Positions 44,931 through 60,088 of a DNA stretch of 64,000 bases are shown here, piece after piece (within the stretch, counting starts at the first letter, position 1; every line of letters starts with the position of its first letter). The DNA comes from the human T2T-CHM13v2.0 reference genome, Homo sapiens. The stretch is taken from assembly GCF_009914755.1 (NCBI RefSeq), contig NC_060934.1. One strand, 5' to 3'. The position numbers were made by a program, and so were the translations under genes. The notes beneath the pieces are model-generated. The model searched no databases. It was not told the origin of the DNA and saw only the letters and a list, made by a program, of their open reading frames with translations.

Positions 44931-45556
44931 CATACCCGTCTCTGAAGAGGCTCACAAGTTCAAAAGAAAAGACTTCAGAAAAGCGAGTTTTCAATGAAAC
45001 AGTCCAGCCAGAGTGAAGCCCAGAACTGACAAGTACCATCCATGTGGAACTTTTCACTTAATTTAGCCTCATTCTTAAATAGATGCAGTCAAGATTGACA
45101 AGGCATGCGTTTAACATGAAGAAGATCTATCCAAAAAAAAGCAGCAGAGGTGGGAAGCAACTTAGAAGAAAGACATTTTGCAGGGAGATTAAAACTTTAG
45201 GAAAAAATCATTGATGTCCTCAGAAAGATAAGAGAAGGTACTTGCCATTATAGGCTGTTAATAAATTAAAATATGTTAGTAGAAGTTTTTTAAAAAATCC
45301 ATAAAAGACTTAAAAAGAGAAAGTTGAGGGAATCTCCCACAATGTAGAGCAAAAAGACAAGAGTAAAAATGGGAGAAAAAGATAAAAGAATTAGCTCATT
45401 CTGCCCAATGTTTGACTAATACTAGTTTAGAAAGAGATAGCAGAAAAAGCACAGAAGAGAACATTTTCAAGAATTAAAGGACAGAGGTTTTTAGATTCAG
45501 ATAAACCATTAAGAACCCAGTGGCACTAATGCATTGGCCCTCTGTCCAGGTGACAC

Positions 45557-47077
45557 TGAGAGGTGACAGCGTGCTGGCAGTCCTCGCAACCCTCGCTCGC
45601 TCTCGGCGCCTCCTCTGCCTGGGCTCCCACTTTGGCGGCACTTGAGGAGCCCTTCAGCCCGCCGCTGCACTGTGGGAGCCCCTTTCTGGGCTGGCCAAGG
45701 CTGGAGCCTGCTCCCTCAGCTTGCGGGGAGGTGTGGAGGGAGAGGCGCCACGGGAAACAGGGCTGCGCGTGGCGCTTGCGGGCCAGCGTGAGTTCCGCGT
45801 GGGCGTGGGCTCGGCGGGCCGTACTCAGAGCCGCCAGCCAGCCCCGACCCACCCGCCACGGGCAGTGAGGGGCTTAGCACCTGGGCCAGCAGCTGCTGCG
45901 CTCAGTTTCTCACCAGGCCTTAGCTGCCTTCCTGCGGGGCAGGGCTCGGGACCTGCAGCCCGCCATGCCTGAGCCTCCCCGACCCCCTACGGTGGGCTCC
46001 TGTGCGGCCGGAGCCTCCCTGACGAGCGCTGCCCCCAGTCCCACCGACCACCCAAGGGCTGAGGAATGCGGGTGCGTGGCGCGGGACTGGCAGGCAGCTC
46101 CACCTGCGGCCCCGGTGCAAGATCCACTGGGTGAAGCCAGCTGGCCTCCTGAGTCTGGTGGGGACTTGGAGAACCTTTATGTCTAGCTAAGCGGGACCAA
46201 TGGGCACTCTGTATCTAGCTCAAGGTTTGTAAACACACCAATCAGCACCCTGTGTGTAGCTCAAGGTTTGTGAATGCACCAATTGACACTCTGTATGTAG
46301 CTACTCTGGTGGGGACTTGGAGAACCTTTGTGTCCACACTCTGTATCTAGCTAATCTAGTGGGGATGTGGAGAACCTTTGTGTCTAACTCAGGGATTATA
46401 AATGCACCAATCAGCACCCTGTCAAAACAGACCACCCGGAGCTCTGTAAAATGGACCAATCAGCAGGATGTGGGTGGGGCCAGATAAGAGAATAAAAGCA
46501 GGCTGCGGGAGCCAGCAGTGGCAACCCACTGGGGTCCCCTTCCACACTGTGGACCTTTGTTCTTTCGCTCTTTGTACTAAATCTTGCTGCTGCTCACTCT
46601 TTGCGTCCACACTGCCTTTATGAGCTGTAACACTCACCGCGGAGGTCTGCAGCTTCACTCCTGAGCCAGCGAGACCACGAAGCCACCAGAAGGAAGAAAC
46701 TCCGAACACATCCGAACATCAGAATGAACAAACTCCGGACACGCGGCCTTTAAGAACCGTAACACTCACGGCGAAGGTCTGCAGCTTCACTCCTGAGCCA
46801 GCGAGACCACCAACCCACCAGAAGGAAGAAACTCCGAACATCAGAACGAACAAACTCCGGACACGCCGCCTTTAAGAACTGTAACACTCACCGCGAAGGT
46901 CTGCAGCTTCACTCCTGAGCCAGAGAGACCACGAACCCACCAGAAGGAAGAAACTCTGAACATCAGAACGAACAAACTCCGGACACGCCGCCTTTAAGAA
47001 CTGTAACACTCACTGCGAGGGTCCGCGGCTTCATTCTTGAAGTCAGTGAGACCAAGAACCCACCAATTCCGGACACA
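45557..47077 (+). mobile_element. LTR12C-like (ERV9) solo LTR, full length ~1.52 kb
   Basis: TG...CA termini (tgagaggtgacagcgtgctgg ... ccaattccggacaca); CpG-rich 5' part; CCAAT-containing tandem units; three ~120-bp 3' repeats; near-TSD acac/acat. Confidence 0.93.
46195..46530 (+). promoter_or_regulatory. LTR12 U3 enhancer/promoter: multiple CCAAT (NF-Y) boxes, GATA, AATAAAA TATA-like box
   Basis: CCAAT at ~46197, 46238, 46279, 46407 and 46456; cagataagagaataaaagcaggctg at 46481-46505. ERV9 LTR promoter architecture is established; activity of this copy is untested. Confidence 0.65.
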
Positions 47078-47110
47078 ACATCATCACACAATTTTAGAAT
47101 GCGAAGATAA

Positions 47111-47945
47111 TGAAATGGGAAAAGTTCCCTTGTCCGCCTCGCACAGCGTGTGATGGGGATGTGACTCGCTTCTTCAGTGCCCCACTGCTCAGACCTCTAG
47201 GGGAGCATACAGATGGGCAGGCTGTGGGGCTCTGACCCCATGGCATTGTCTAGGGGTGATTGTTTACAGCTGAAGCCCCAGTGGGCGTGTGTTACAGGTT
47301 GCTCTTTTAGTTTAACTGTCCGTAGGTGACTTGTGTTAACTAGCTCAATCAGACCCTCTACCTTGCCGCAAGGACAGAGGACTTTCTGTATCCTGGGTTC
47401 TTGCCTCGGTGTACCGGAAGAATCGGATCACACCGGGGCTTGGAGAATGAGTGCAAGGTTTTATTGAGTGGGAGTAGCTCTCAGCAGATGGGGAGCCAGA
47501 AGAAGATGGTTTTCCCTAGAGTCGGGCTGCTCAGCGTTTGGACTCTCTCTGACTGCCCCAGCCAAACTCTGCATTGTTCTGATGGTCAGTGGCCTGCCGG
47601 CGTCTGTCTGTGTGCTCTTCCGCTGGTGCGCTCCCCTGGACGTCCTCTCCACGTCCAGCCACTTGTGTCTTCTTCAGAGGATGTGTTCCTCTTGATGTCC
47701 AGCCGCTTGAGTGTGTGCCTGCTAGAGTCTCGGGGGCTTTTATAGGCACAGGATGGGGGCGTGGCAGGCCAGTGGAGGTCTTGGGAAATGCAACATTTGG
47801 TCAGAAAAACAAAAATGCCTGTCCTCACTTAAGTCCCTGGGCACAGGCCCAGAAGTAGAGCCGTAGCCAGGGACCACGCCCTTCCCTTCCCCCTTCCGTA
47901 TCATTTAAAGGGACCATGTCCTTTCCAGTACTTCCCTCTGTATCA
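47111..47945 (-). mobile_element. LTR1-family (ERV1) solo LTR
   Basis: TG...CA termini; perfect 4-bp TSD ATAA at 47107-47110 and 47946-47949; minus-strand TATAAAA near 47738-47744. Confidence 0.8.
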
Positions 47946-48398
47946 ATAAGACCCTATAAACTTCTGAAAGTAGGTCACCTCTAAAGGATCAGGAATCAGA
48001 ATAGCTTTGGTCTTCTGACCAACAGTACTTGGATGAGCAGTCCAACAATTGGTTTACCAATTCACAAGGGAGGTGATGAGTATCTCCTAGATATGGGGCA
48101 GATAAGTCCCAGGATCATAGCTTGGCACCAGGCCTAGAGAGCAACCAGTCCAAACAAGAGCAGCCTCAAGGGAGATGTTTTTGAGAAGGTAAAATAGCTA
48201 GAATACATGATATGTTTGAACTATCGAGAGGGATTTTAAACAATTGGGATAGTGTTTTGGTATGAGTCTGTTATAAGTACAAAGCAAACTAAGGAAATGA
48301 AAAAAAACCAATAAGAATATCAACTCCAGGGAAACAAAAAGTTGTGCAAGGAAAGAAAAGTAATCCTAATATTAGGATGGCTCAGCTGCTAATATTTT

Positions 48399-49716
<1,318 letters not shown>

Positions 49717-49915
49717 ACAAATGATGGCATGAGTAAGTCATCTTACTCATTATAAACTTGTAGAAGATTATAAAACTGTTCAAAAAATGACTGGGATACT
49801 ACAGACGTCGGTTTCTTATTGACTCACATAATTAAGAGTTGCTGATACTATAAATTTTTAAATAATAAAACATTTTAAGCAAAAAGAAAAAAAAGAAATA
49901 GTAATTAATGATACT

Positions 49916-50368
49916 TGTTAAAGATGGTAAGGCAGACTTTATTCATGGACTATCATGGCCATAGGTATAGGGACCACTGCAACAAGGTCTTGTACTTAGG
50001 GAGATACTAGAATCAACTTTTACTCCAACAAGGACAGGTGGAGATTTATAATGAGGAAGGAGAGTGTGTGTGAGTGGTGGTGGTGAACGGGGGGAGTCAG
50101 TCGATGGAAAATTACTGAAAGGAACCATCAGTGACAGGGGTTTCTGGCTGAACAGACTTGATAGGATTATTACTGAAGACCGGCCAGGGGGCTCAAAGAT
50201 TGAGGGTGGTCAGATGTCAAAGAGTGGAGATTTTCGCTAATTTAATTTAGCAGCATTTTTCTCAGACTGGATTCATCAAGGACAGAGAGGGGAGCCCAAG
50301 GATAGGCTTAGTCAGAAAGGGCTCAGGACCCTGACTAAAGTCTTAGTCAAAGCAGAGAGTCTTTATCA
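49916..50368 (-). mobile_element. MER31-like ERV1 solo LTR
   Basis: Reverse complement begins tgataaagactctctgctttgactaagactttagtcagg; TG...CA termini. Confidence 0.7.
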
Positions 50369-50689
50369 CTCTTTTCTGTACCCTGCCCCACAAATTCCAG
50401 CTGCTTCAGCTGCCTGAAATGTGGGTTTCTGCCTTCTCTGCTTGGGAAGCACACCTGTCTCACCTATGGCAGCCTGGGTCTCACTGCTCTGTGCAATGGG
50501 AAGAAAACTGACCTAGAATCACCCCACATGGCTTCTGTGTCTTAAGGATCACAGTCCTGCACTTCCTGCCCTCAGTGCTTGAAAACAGTTGCCTCACACG
50601 TGTCCATTTCCTTGTCATTTTCAATGTGAGAGGAAGTCCAGTGCCAATTACTCTGTCGTGACAGGAAGAATGAATTGTAGAATAATGTA

Positions 50690-51135
50690 GGATGATTTGA
50701 CTCTTTAACCTGTAACTTGACCTTAAGCACAGCTGGATCCAAACAAACGCATCAGACCGGTCTCTCTCTCCACTCCTAGGCTGGTTTTTCTGGCTTAACC
50801 TCCAGGCGCACTCTGCCCACATAGTGGCAAAGATGGCTACTGGCAGCTGCAGCTTTTCTTGTGTCAGTTTAACCATCCCCCAGGGAAAGAGAGCACCTTT
50901 CTTCAATAGTTCTAGCAAATATCTGAACTAGCTTTCATTGGCCTGCCTTGGACTAGGTGCCTATGCCTGAACGATCTCTGGGATTCTGATTGGCCAGGCC
51001 AGGCTCAGGGGGAGGGGGCAAGGAATGAGACCAGCTTAATGCAAACCTGGTGCACTAAGGGGAGGCATATTTTTCCAAAAGAAAATGGGAGTGCTATTAC
51101 CACAAGAAGGAAGAAGGAATGTTGGGCATTTCCAG
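50690..51135 (-). mobile_element. Old MLT1 (J/K-like) LTR
   Basis: ggctggatcca...gtggcaaagatggctac...ctgattggccaggcc...gtgctattacc pattern. Confidence 0.6.
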
Positions 51136-51405
51136 CAAAAGTACTTACCGTATTCCAAGCACTCTCAAGGTTTAGTTCAAAGGTCATCTTCTCTATAAAG
51201 CCTTTTTGTGTCCTACTCGACTATAGACATCATTAGTCAATCTTTTAATTCAGTTTTAACTTTTACATATATCTATCTTAAAACAAATCACTCGTCTTTT
51301 ATTATAATCAGTATTTCACCTTTTTGCTTCCTTCAGGCTCCTTGAGGACAAAGAGTATTTTATTTACATTTGAATTCATTTATTCATTCATTTAGTTAAC
51401 AAATA

Positions 51406-52911
51406 CCGTCTTGGTTCACTTAATGACAGGGATACATTCTGAGAAACTCACCATTAGGTAATTTCGTTTTTGTGCAAACATTATAGAGTGTATTTATGCA
51501 AACCTTGATGGTATAGCATCCTACATACCTAGGTTATGTGGTATAGCCTATTGCTTCTAGGCTACAAACCTAGGAGCAATGTGTTTGTTACTGTACTGAA
51601 ACTATAGGCAACGGTAACACAATGATAAGTATTTGTCTAAACATAGAAAAAGTACATAATGTGTGGAATAAAATATATATATTTTTTGAGATGGAGTCTC
51701 GCTCTGTCCCCCAGGCTGGAGTGCAGTGGTGCAATCTCAGCTTGCTGCAACCTCTGCCTCCCGGGTTCAAGCAATTCTCTGTCCCAGCCTCCCAAGTAGC
51801 TGGGATTACAGGCGCTCGCCACCATGCCGGGCTAATTTTTTTGTATTTTTAGTAGAGCCGGAGTTTCACCATCTTGGCCAGGCTGATGTTGAACTCCTGA
51901 TCTCATGATCCACCCACCTCAGCCTCCCAAAGTGCTGGGATTACAGGCATGAGCCACCGCGTCTGGCCTGGTAGAAAAGATTTTAAAAAGTATATCTGTA
52001 TAGGGCACTTACCAGGAATGAAGCTTGCAGGACTGGAAGTTGCTCTGGGTGAGTCGGTGAGTGAGTGTGAGTGAATGTGAAGGCCTAGGATATGACTGAA
52101 CACTGCTATAGACTTTAGAAACACTGTACACTTAGACTACACTCAATTCATTTAAAAATATTTTTCTTTCTTCACATAATAAATTAATCTTAGCATACTG
52201 TAACATTTTTACTTTATAAACTTTTTAAATTTTTTAAAACTTCTTGACTCTTTTAAATAACACTTAGCTTAACTTACAAATACATTGTACAGCTGTATAA
52301 AAATATTTCTTTATATCCTTATTCTGTAAGCTTTTTCCTATTAAATTTTTTTTAACTTTTTCTGTTAAAAACTAAGACACAAACACACACATTAGACTAG
52401 GCTTACATAGGGTCAGAATCACCAATATCACTTACTTCCACCTCTACGTCTTGTTCCATTGTAAGGTCTTCAGGGGCAATAACATTCACGGAGTTGTCAT
52501 CAGCTATGATAACAATGACATCTTCTGAAATGTCCTCTGAAGGACCTGGCTGGGGCTGTTTTACAGTTAACTTTCATATAAGTATAAGTAGAAGGAGTAT
52601 ACTCTAAAATAAAAATAAAAGTATAGTATAGTAAATATATAAACCAGTAACAGAGATGTTTGTTATCAGTATCAAGTACTATGTACTGTACCTAATTGTA
52701 TGTGCTATACTTTTTTAGGACTGGCAGAGCAGTAGGTTTGTTTACACTAGCATCATCACAAACATGTGAATAACGCTTTGCGCCAAAATGTTATCATGGC
52801 CAGGACCTCACTAGGCAATAGAAATTTTTCAGCTCCATTATGATTATATGAGACCACCATTGTCTATGTGGTTCATCATTGACCAAAATGTCTTTATGTA
52901 GTGGATGACTG
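51406..52911 (-). mobile_element. Tigger3b-like DNA transposon containing an antisense Alu (51683-51969)
   Basis: Reverse-complement homolog of 6028-7505. Confidence 0.8.
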
Positions 52912-52914
52912 TGT

Positions 52915-54150
52915 TTATTGAGTGCTTATTATGTACCAGTCATTGTGCTAAGGCTAGAAAGAAGGTAGAGTCCAATATACATACACATTGTCCCTGTACT
53001 AACAAGGTTTATTTTTAGTGGGGAAGATAAATTAATAAAGAAGGAATTAGAAAGTGTGTGTTGAATGTTATAATACATGTTTTAAAAGGGTACTGTGTGA
53101 TGGAATGATTCCTGAAAGGAGTGGTGTTTAAGCTGACACCTGAGGAATCACCTGAGGAATCATGAGTTAGCATGATGAAGGAGGACTGGAGGTAGGTGGT
53201 GGCTGCTTCAGGAAGAACAAAGGGCCTTTGTGAAACCCTTGAGGCAAGAGATGATACCAAGAGTTTTCAAGGAACTGAATCTTATATAGTGCGGAAACAG
53301 TACATATAGGCCAGACCTTGGAATGCATTATAAAGTGTGTAGGCTGTTTGGATTTTACCTTAAGGACAATGAACAAAGGGTTTTGAATAAGGGAATAACA
53401 TGATCATATTTATATTTGGATTATCCTGGGTACAGTATGGGAAGGAAATGGAAGAGGAGCAAGACTAAAGGCAGGGACACCAGAGGATACTGTAGTAGTA
53501 ACAAGTGAAAATCGATAGTGGCTTGGACCAAGGTTATGTGGAGAGGATAGGGAGAAAAAGACAGATTTGGGAAAATGTAAGCCCTACAATTAAGAGAAAT
53601 TCATGATGGATTGCAAGGAAGAAAGTGGAAGGGAGAAATGAAAGAGACAGAGGAATAAAACATGACTCCTGGATTTCTAGCTTGAACACTAGATTGCATA
53701 GCACTGGATTGCACAGCAGAACCATTTCTTGAGATTGGGTACTGTTAAGCAATGGCAGGTCAAAGGAAAGTGAGGGTGGAGAAGCAATGAGCTCTAATTT
53801 CATTATGATGAATATGAGGTATCTGCAAGATAGACAAATGGAGAAACCTAGAGGTAATTGAATATATGATCTGTCATTCAACAGGAAGCCCTGAGTTGGA
53901 AATAAGGATTTTTTTATCCACTTGTAGACATTAATTAAAGACTTGGATATGAAATGGTCTGGAGAGAATGAAGAAGGGCTATAATGGGCTCCAGAGGAAC
54001 AACCAAAAACGAAGGGTCAAGTAGAGGAGAAACAGCCAGCAAAGAACTGTGAAGACTGCCCAGAGAGATAAGAAAATACAGGTGAGCGTGACACTGAGGA
54101 GTTCTGGGAATACAGCTTTTAAGAAGGAAGGACTGGACAAACTCTTTAAA
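52915..54150 (-). mobile_element. L2 fragment
   Basis: tttattgagtgcttattatgtaccag 3' end and typical antisense L2 body. Confidence 0.7.
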
Positions 54151-54581
54151 ATGCCATCAAGAAACGTGAGGACTAACACATGTCCATACTCCCCAGCACA
54201 GAACCTGACTGCATTCACATATTCATTTGTCAAATGAATCCTTATTAAACATCTTTATTTCTTGTCCACGGTACATTATTTCTCATCCCGGGAGCATGAG
54301 ACAATGACTACAAGGCTGACTAGCACCTGTTATACCTGAGTTCCATTGGCTGAGGAGGTTTTGTTCTCAAGGATGGGTCATTATATTGTTTTCTGCTGCT
54401 TGTCATGAAAAAAGGTATAATGTTTTATTGTGAATTACTTTAATTAAAACAACTTCATTTAGAAGGCTTAAATTTAACTGTTTTGTTCACAGAATATAGG
54501 ACTAAGAAAGAAATAGCTCTCCAGGACTAGGGGGAGTGGGAGTGAGGGTCTCATATAAATCAGAAATCTATCAAAAAATGA

Positions 54582-54944
<363 letters not shown>

Positions 54945-55578
54945 TCAACCATCTCCTTCATCCACAGGACAGGATTAATAACAATGACTGAAGGCATTGG
55001 ATGCCTACTAGGGGCTGTACACTGTCAGATATTTTACAAACATTCATCTAATTCTAATACAACAAAAGACATCCAACACCACACAAGGAAAACTGAGAAA
55101 ATGTACTTGCGACAAGTGATAAATGAAAGGTTAACACTAATAATATAAACAGAACTTTAAAAACTTAATAAAAACGGGAAATAATAGAAAAAAATGGACA
55201 AGGGATATCAATAATTAATAGAAAAAGGTAAAAAGGCTAATATTCATATGAAGAGATGTTCAAACTCATTTATAATTTAAAAATGCAAATAAAAACAAGA
55301 TAAAATCTTTTCTATAAATTGGCAAAAATTAAACAGAAGGATTATGCCAGCATTGGTGACATTAGGGCAAGAGGGCACACTCTTATGTTGCAATATTTTG
55401 AGAGTCTCTTTCAACATTTTAAATCCTTAACTTATAACCTAATAGGTACTACTACGTGCCAGCATAGGTTGTATGAATGTTTGTGAACAAGAATGTACTA
55501 TTATTTGTAGTTTTTTAAAAATTGGAAATGGCCTAAATATGGAACCAGGAGCATATAATGCAACTATTAAAAATTAAG

Positions 55579-55740
55579 GGCGGGCGCAGTGGCTCATGCC
55601 TATAGTCCCACTTACTTGAGAGACTGAAGTGGAAGAATTGTTTGAGCCCAGGAGTTCAAGACTTCAGTGAGCTATGATCACACCACTGCACTCCATTGTG
55701 GGTGACAGAGTGAGATCCTGTCTTAAAAACAAAACAAAAC
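55579..55740 (+). mobile_element. FRAM/Alu monomer inside an L1ME-like remnant (~55100-56710)
   Basis: Single Alu arm with (CAAAA)n tail. Confidence 0.75.
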
Positions 55741-55828
55741 ATTGAGAAGTATCTATTACCAATTTTGGGAGATGTCTGTGATATATTGTTATGTGAAAAA
55801 GCAATTTAGAAAATATATTAACATTTTA

Positions 55829-56110
<282 letters not shown>

Positions 56111-56112
56111 TC

Positions 56113-56622
56113 ATATTAGTTTTCTATTGCTATTACAACAAATTACCACAAACTTAATAGCTTAGAGCAACACACATATATTATCTTACAGTTCTACAGG
56201 CGGAAGTAAGAAATACTCTTCACTGGTTTAAAATCCATGTGCCGGCAAGTCTGTGCTCCTCCTGGAGGCTCCAAGGGAGAATCCATTTCCTGGCCTTTCC
56301 CAGCTTCTAGAGGCTGCGTGCATGTCTTGGCTAGTGTCCCATTTCTCCATGTGCAAAGCCTGCAATGTTAGGCTGAGTCCTCATGCTCCATCTTTTTGGT
56401 TCTGCCTCTTTTGCCTCCCTCTTCTATTTTCAAGGACCCTTGCGATTACACTGAGCCTACATGGAAACCCAGGATAATCTTGTTATCTCAAGATTAACTG
56501 ATTAGCAAATTGAATTCCATCTGCAACCTGAGTTCCCCTTGGCCATGTAACAACATATTGACTCGTTCTGGGGATTAGGATGTAGATACCTTTTGGTGGG
56601 GAGAGCATTGCTCTTCCTATCG
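56113..56622 (-). mobile_element. MLT1C/D-like MaLR solo LTR
   Basis: tattagttttctattgctattacaacaaattaccacaaactta...; homologous to 41299-41782. Confidence 0.8.
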
Positions 56623-56879
56623 CACATATGCACATATCTATATTCGTATAAGTATCCAAAAAAGTCTGGATGTATATATATTGAACAGTGATTTCCTCTG
56701 AGAGGCTGTATTTGAATGTACCTTGAAAAATTAAATACCATATATGTGTTAAGTATTAATAATTATTCAATATGGATGTAATGTAATATTGTAAATTAAA
56801 CTTGTCACTTAGTGGCAGTATATCCACCAAAGAATAATATCAGAGGAATTAAAAACAAATGTGTCTGTTCTGATTTATG

Positions 56880-58437
56880 ACACTAAAGAAAGAAAGAGAT
56901 AAATCTACAATCATAGTTGAAGGTTTTAACATCTTCTCTCAGTGATTGACAGAACAAGGAGACAGAAATCAGTGAGGAAATAGATTATTTGATCAACAAT
57001 TTTAACTAAATTCATCTGGTTAAAAATGTGTAGAACTATGCACCCGACTACATCAGAGCACACATTAACTTCAAACGCAGAGAGATTATTCACCAGTATA
57101 GAACATTTGATGGGACATAAAGCAAATTGCAATAAGTATCAAAGAATTGTAATCATACAGAGTGTGTTCTCTAACCACAGTGGTATTGACTTAGAATCAA
57201 GTAACAACAAAATATCGAGAGAATCCCCCAAATACTTAAACAATACACTTTTAAATAACCCGTGGGTCAAAGAGGAGATCACAAGGGAAATTAGAAAATA
57301 ATTTTAACTTACTGGCAATGAAAGCACAGCATGTTAAAATTTGTGGGCTTCAGTAAGAGCAGTGCTTAAAGGAAAACTTAGAGCTTTAAGTGCTTATATT
57401 AGGAAAGAAGAAGGGTACACCTATTATGTACCTACAAATTGTTTTTTAATTTTAAAAATTAAAATAATTATATGATAAAAATGATCATATATGCAAAGCA
57501 CCCTATGTAGTTCTTGACATATATTTATTATTTAAAGAAAACTTCCCTGTTTTGGAAAAAAAGGAAAGAAGAAAGGAATAAAATCAATTTTAATTACCAA
57601 TTTAAGAAGCTCAAGAAAGGAGCAAATTAATCTCAAAAGCAGAAGAAAGGAAATAATAAAAATAGTGGAAATCAATGAAATAAAAAATAGACTAATAGAA
57701 AAAAATCAACAAAATCAAAAGTTTATTTTTGAAAAGATTAACTGCATTGATACATCCCCAGCAAGTTTGATTTTAAAAAGAGAAAGGAAACACAATTCAC
57801 CAATATCTGGAATGAAAAAAATGGACACCGCTATAAATTCTACAGGTATTCAAAGGATAGTAAGTTAATATTATGAACATTTTTATGCCCATCAATTTGG
57901 CAACATAAAATGAACAAATTTCTTGAAGAACATAAATGACCAAAACTGATATAATAAGTAATAGAACATCTAAATAACCACATATCTATTAAGGAAATTG
58001 AATTTTTAATCAGGAACTTACCTACAAAGCAAACTACAGTTCCAGATAGCTTCATTACTGAATTCTACCAAATATTAAAGGAAGAAATAAAACCAATGCT
58101 ACACAAACTCCTTCATAAAATAGAATAGGAGGGAGCAGAGCTCAGCTTATTTTATGAGGCTAGAATAGCCTTGATACCTAATGAAGATATCACAAGAAAA
58201 GCTGATCATAGACCAATATCCTTTATAAATGTAACAGAAATTGTCACAACCCCGCAATATACACAAAGGATAATACATCATGACAAAGTGGGGTTTATCC
58301 CACAAATGCAAGGTTGATTTAACACTTAAAATCAAACCAAATTCACCACTTAGTAGAATAAAGCAGAAAACTCATATTAGATGCAGAAGAATCACTTGAC
58401 AATGTTCAATACTCCATCTCGCTAAAAACCTCTCAAA
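56880..58437 (+). mobile_element. L1M ORF2 (endonuclease to RT region); 5' half of a split element
   Basis: ORF2p-like peptides (IEHLMGHKANCNKYQRIVIIQSVFSNHSGI, NNTLLNNPWVKEEITREIRK); ends at gatgcagaagaatcacttgacaatgttcaa...aaaacctctc. Confidence 0.88.
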
Positions 58438-58441
58438 ACCT

Positions 58442-58798
58442 CTCCAAACAAACTTAGAGAATTCACGAGACAATTCTGAAGGCTGCTCTGCCTGTACCTA
58501 CACTTCACCCATTTTTAACAAGTTGGTCTTTGAAAAGAACCCTGGAGTTGAACCAGGATTGTTTTCTGCCACAAATATGGAGGAATTCCACTTTGAAATA
58601 CACAGTGCAGTCAGTGTGCAGATGGGCAACAGAAAAATGTTGTGGCCAACTGAAAAATGTTCTCCCCAAGGAACTCAATACCAGAACCATTAAGAGTACT
58701 TTTCAGCCTTTGCTTTCTACTGGAATTACTTGGGGAGCTTCAATGCTTTGGCAGCAGTTTTTGTTTTTGTTTTTTGTTTGTTTTGTTTTGTTTTCCAG
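58442..58798 (-). repeat. Inverted duplicate (copy 1) of 63211-63554
   Basis: Its reverse complement aligns to 63211-63554; about 85% identity by hand alignment over the ~315-bp core. Confidence 0.92.
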
Positions 58799-59709
58799 CA
58801 TTATTTCTCTTTCTCTTTTAAAAAATACTTTAAATTGAGGTATATATAACATCCAGTACAATGTACAAATCTTAAGTGTCCATTTCAATGAATTTATTAT
58901 TGTTATGAACTGTAGACAACATGAAATTTAGCATTTTAAACCATTTTAACTATATTATTCAGTGACATTAAATACTTTCACATTGTTGTACAACCATCAC
59001 CACTACATCTCCAGAACTTCATTTTATCAAACTGAAACTGTATACCCATTAAACAGTAACTCCTCATTCTCCACTGCCAGCCCATATCAGACACAATTCT
59101 ACTGCGTCTCTATAAATTTGACTATTCTAGGTACATCTAAGTGGAATTATACAATATTTGATCTTTTGTGTCTGGCTTATTTAACTTAGCAAAATGTCTC
59201 AAGGTTCATCCATGTTGTTTCATGTGTCAGATTTTTCTTTCTTTTTAAGGCTGAATAATATTCCACGGAATGTATATACCACATTTTTTAATCCATTCAT
59301 CTGTCAATGGACACTTGAGTTGCCTCCCCCTTTTCACTACTGTGAATAACGCTACTCTAAACATGGGGTGTACAGTATTTGTTTGACTCCCTGCTTCCAA
59401 TTATTTTGCGTATATACCCAGAAGTGAATTACTGGATCACATAGTAATTCTATGTTTAATTTTTTGAGGAACTACCATACTCTTTCCCACAGTATGGTAG
59501 TTCCTCAAAAGCAGCTGTATACCATTTTATATTCCCACCAACAATGCACAAAAGTTCCAATTTCTCCACATCCTTGCCAACATTTGTTATCTTCTGTTTT
59601 TTTTTGTTTTGTTTTGTTTTGGTTTTTTGTTTGTTTTTAAATAATGGCCATCCTAATGGGTGTGATCAATAGTTTTGGCAAATATCTATATTTGTGAAAG
59701 CTACCATCA

Positions 59710-60088
<379 letters not shown>

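Noticed and set aside
46627-47010. Three ~120-bp direct repeats, superficially array- or CRISPR-like
   Set aside because: Normal LTR12 internal tandem repeats with no unique spacers, in a eukaryotic context.
45526-47858. Cluster of GC-rich ORFs and a CpG-island-like region
   Set aside because: Entirely within LTR12C and LTR1; not a host gene or host CpG island.
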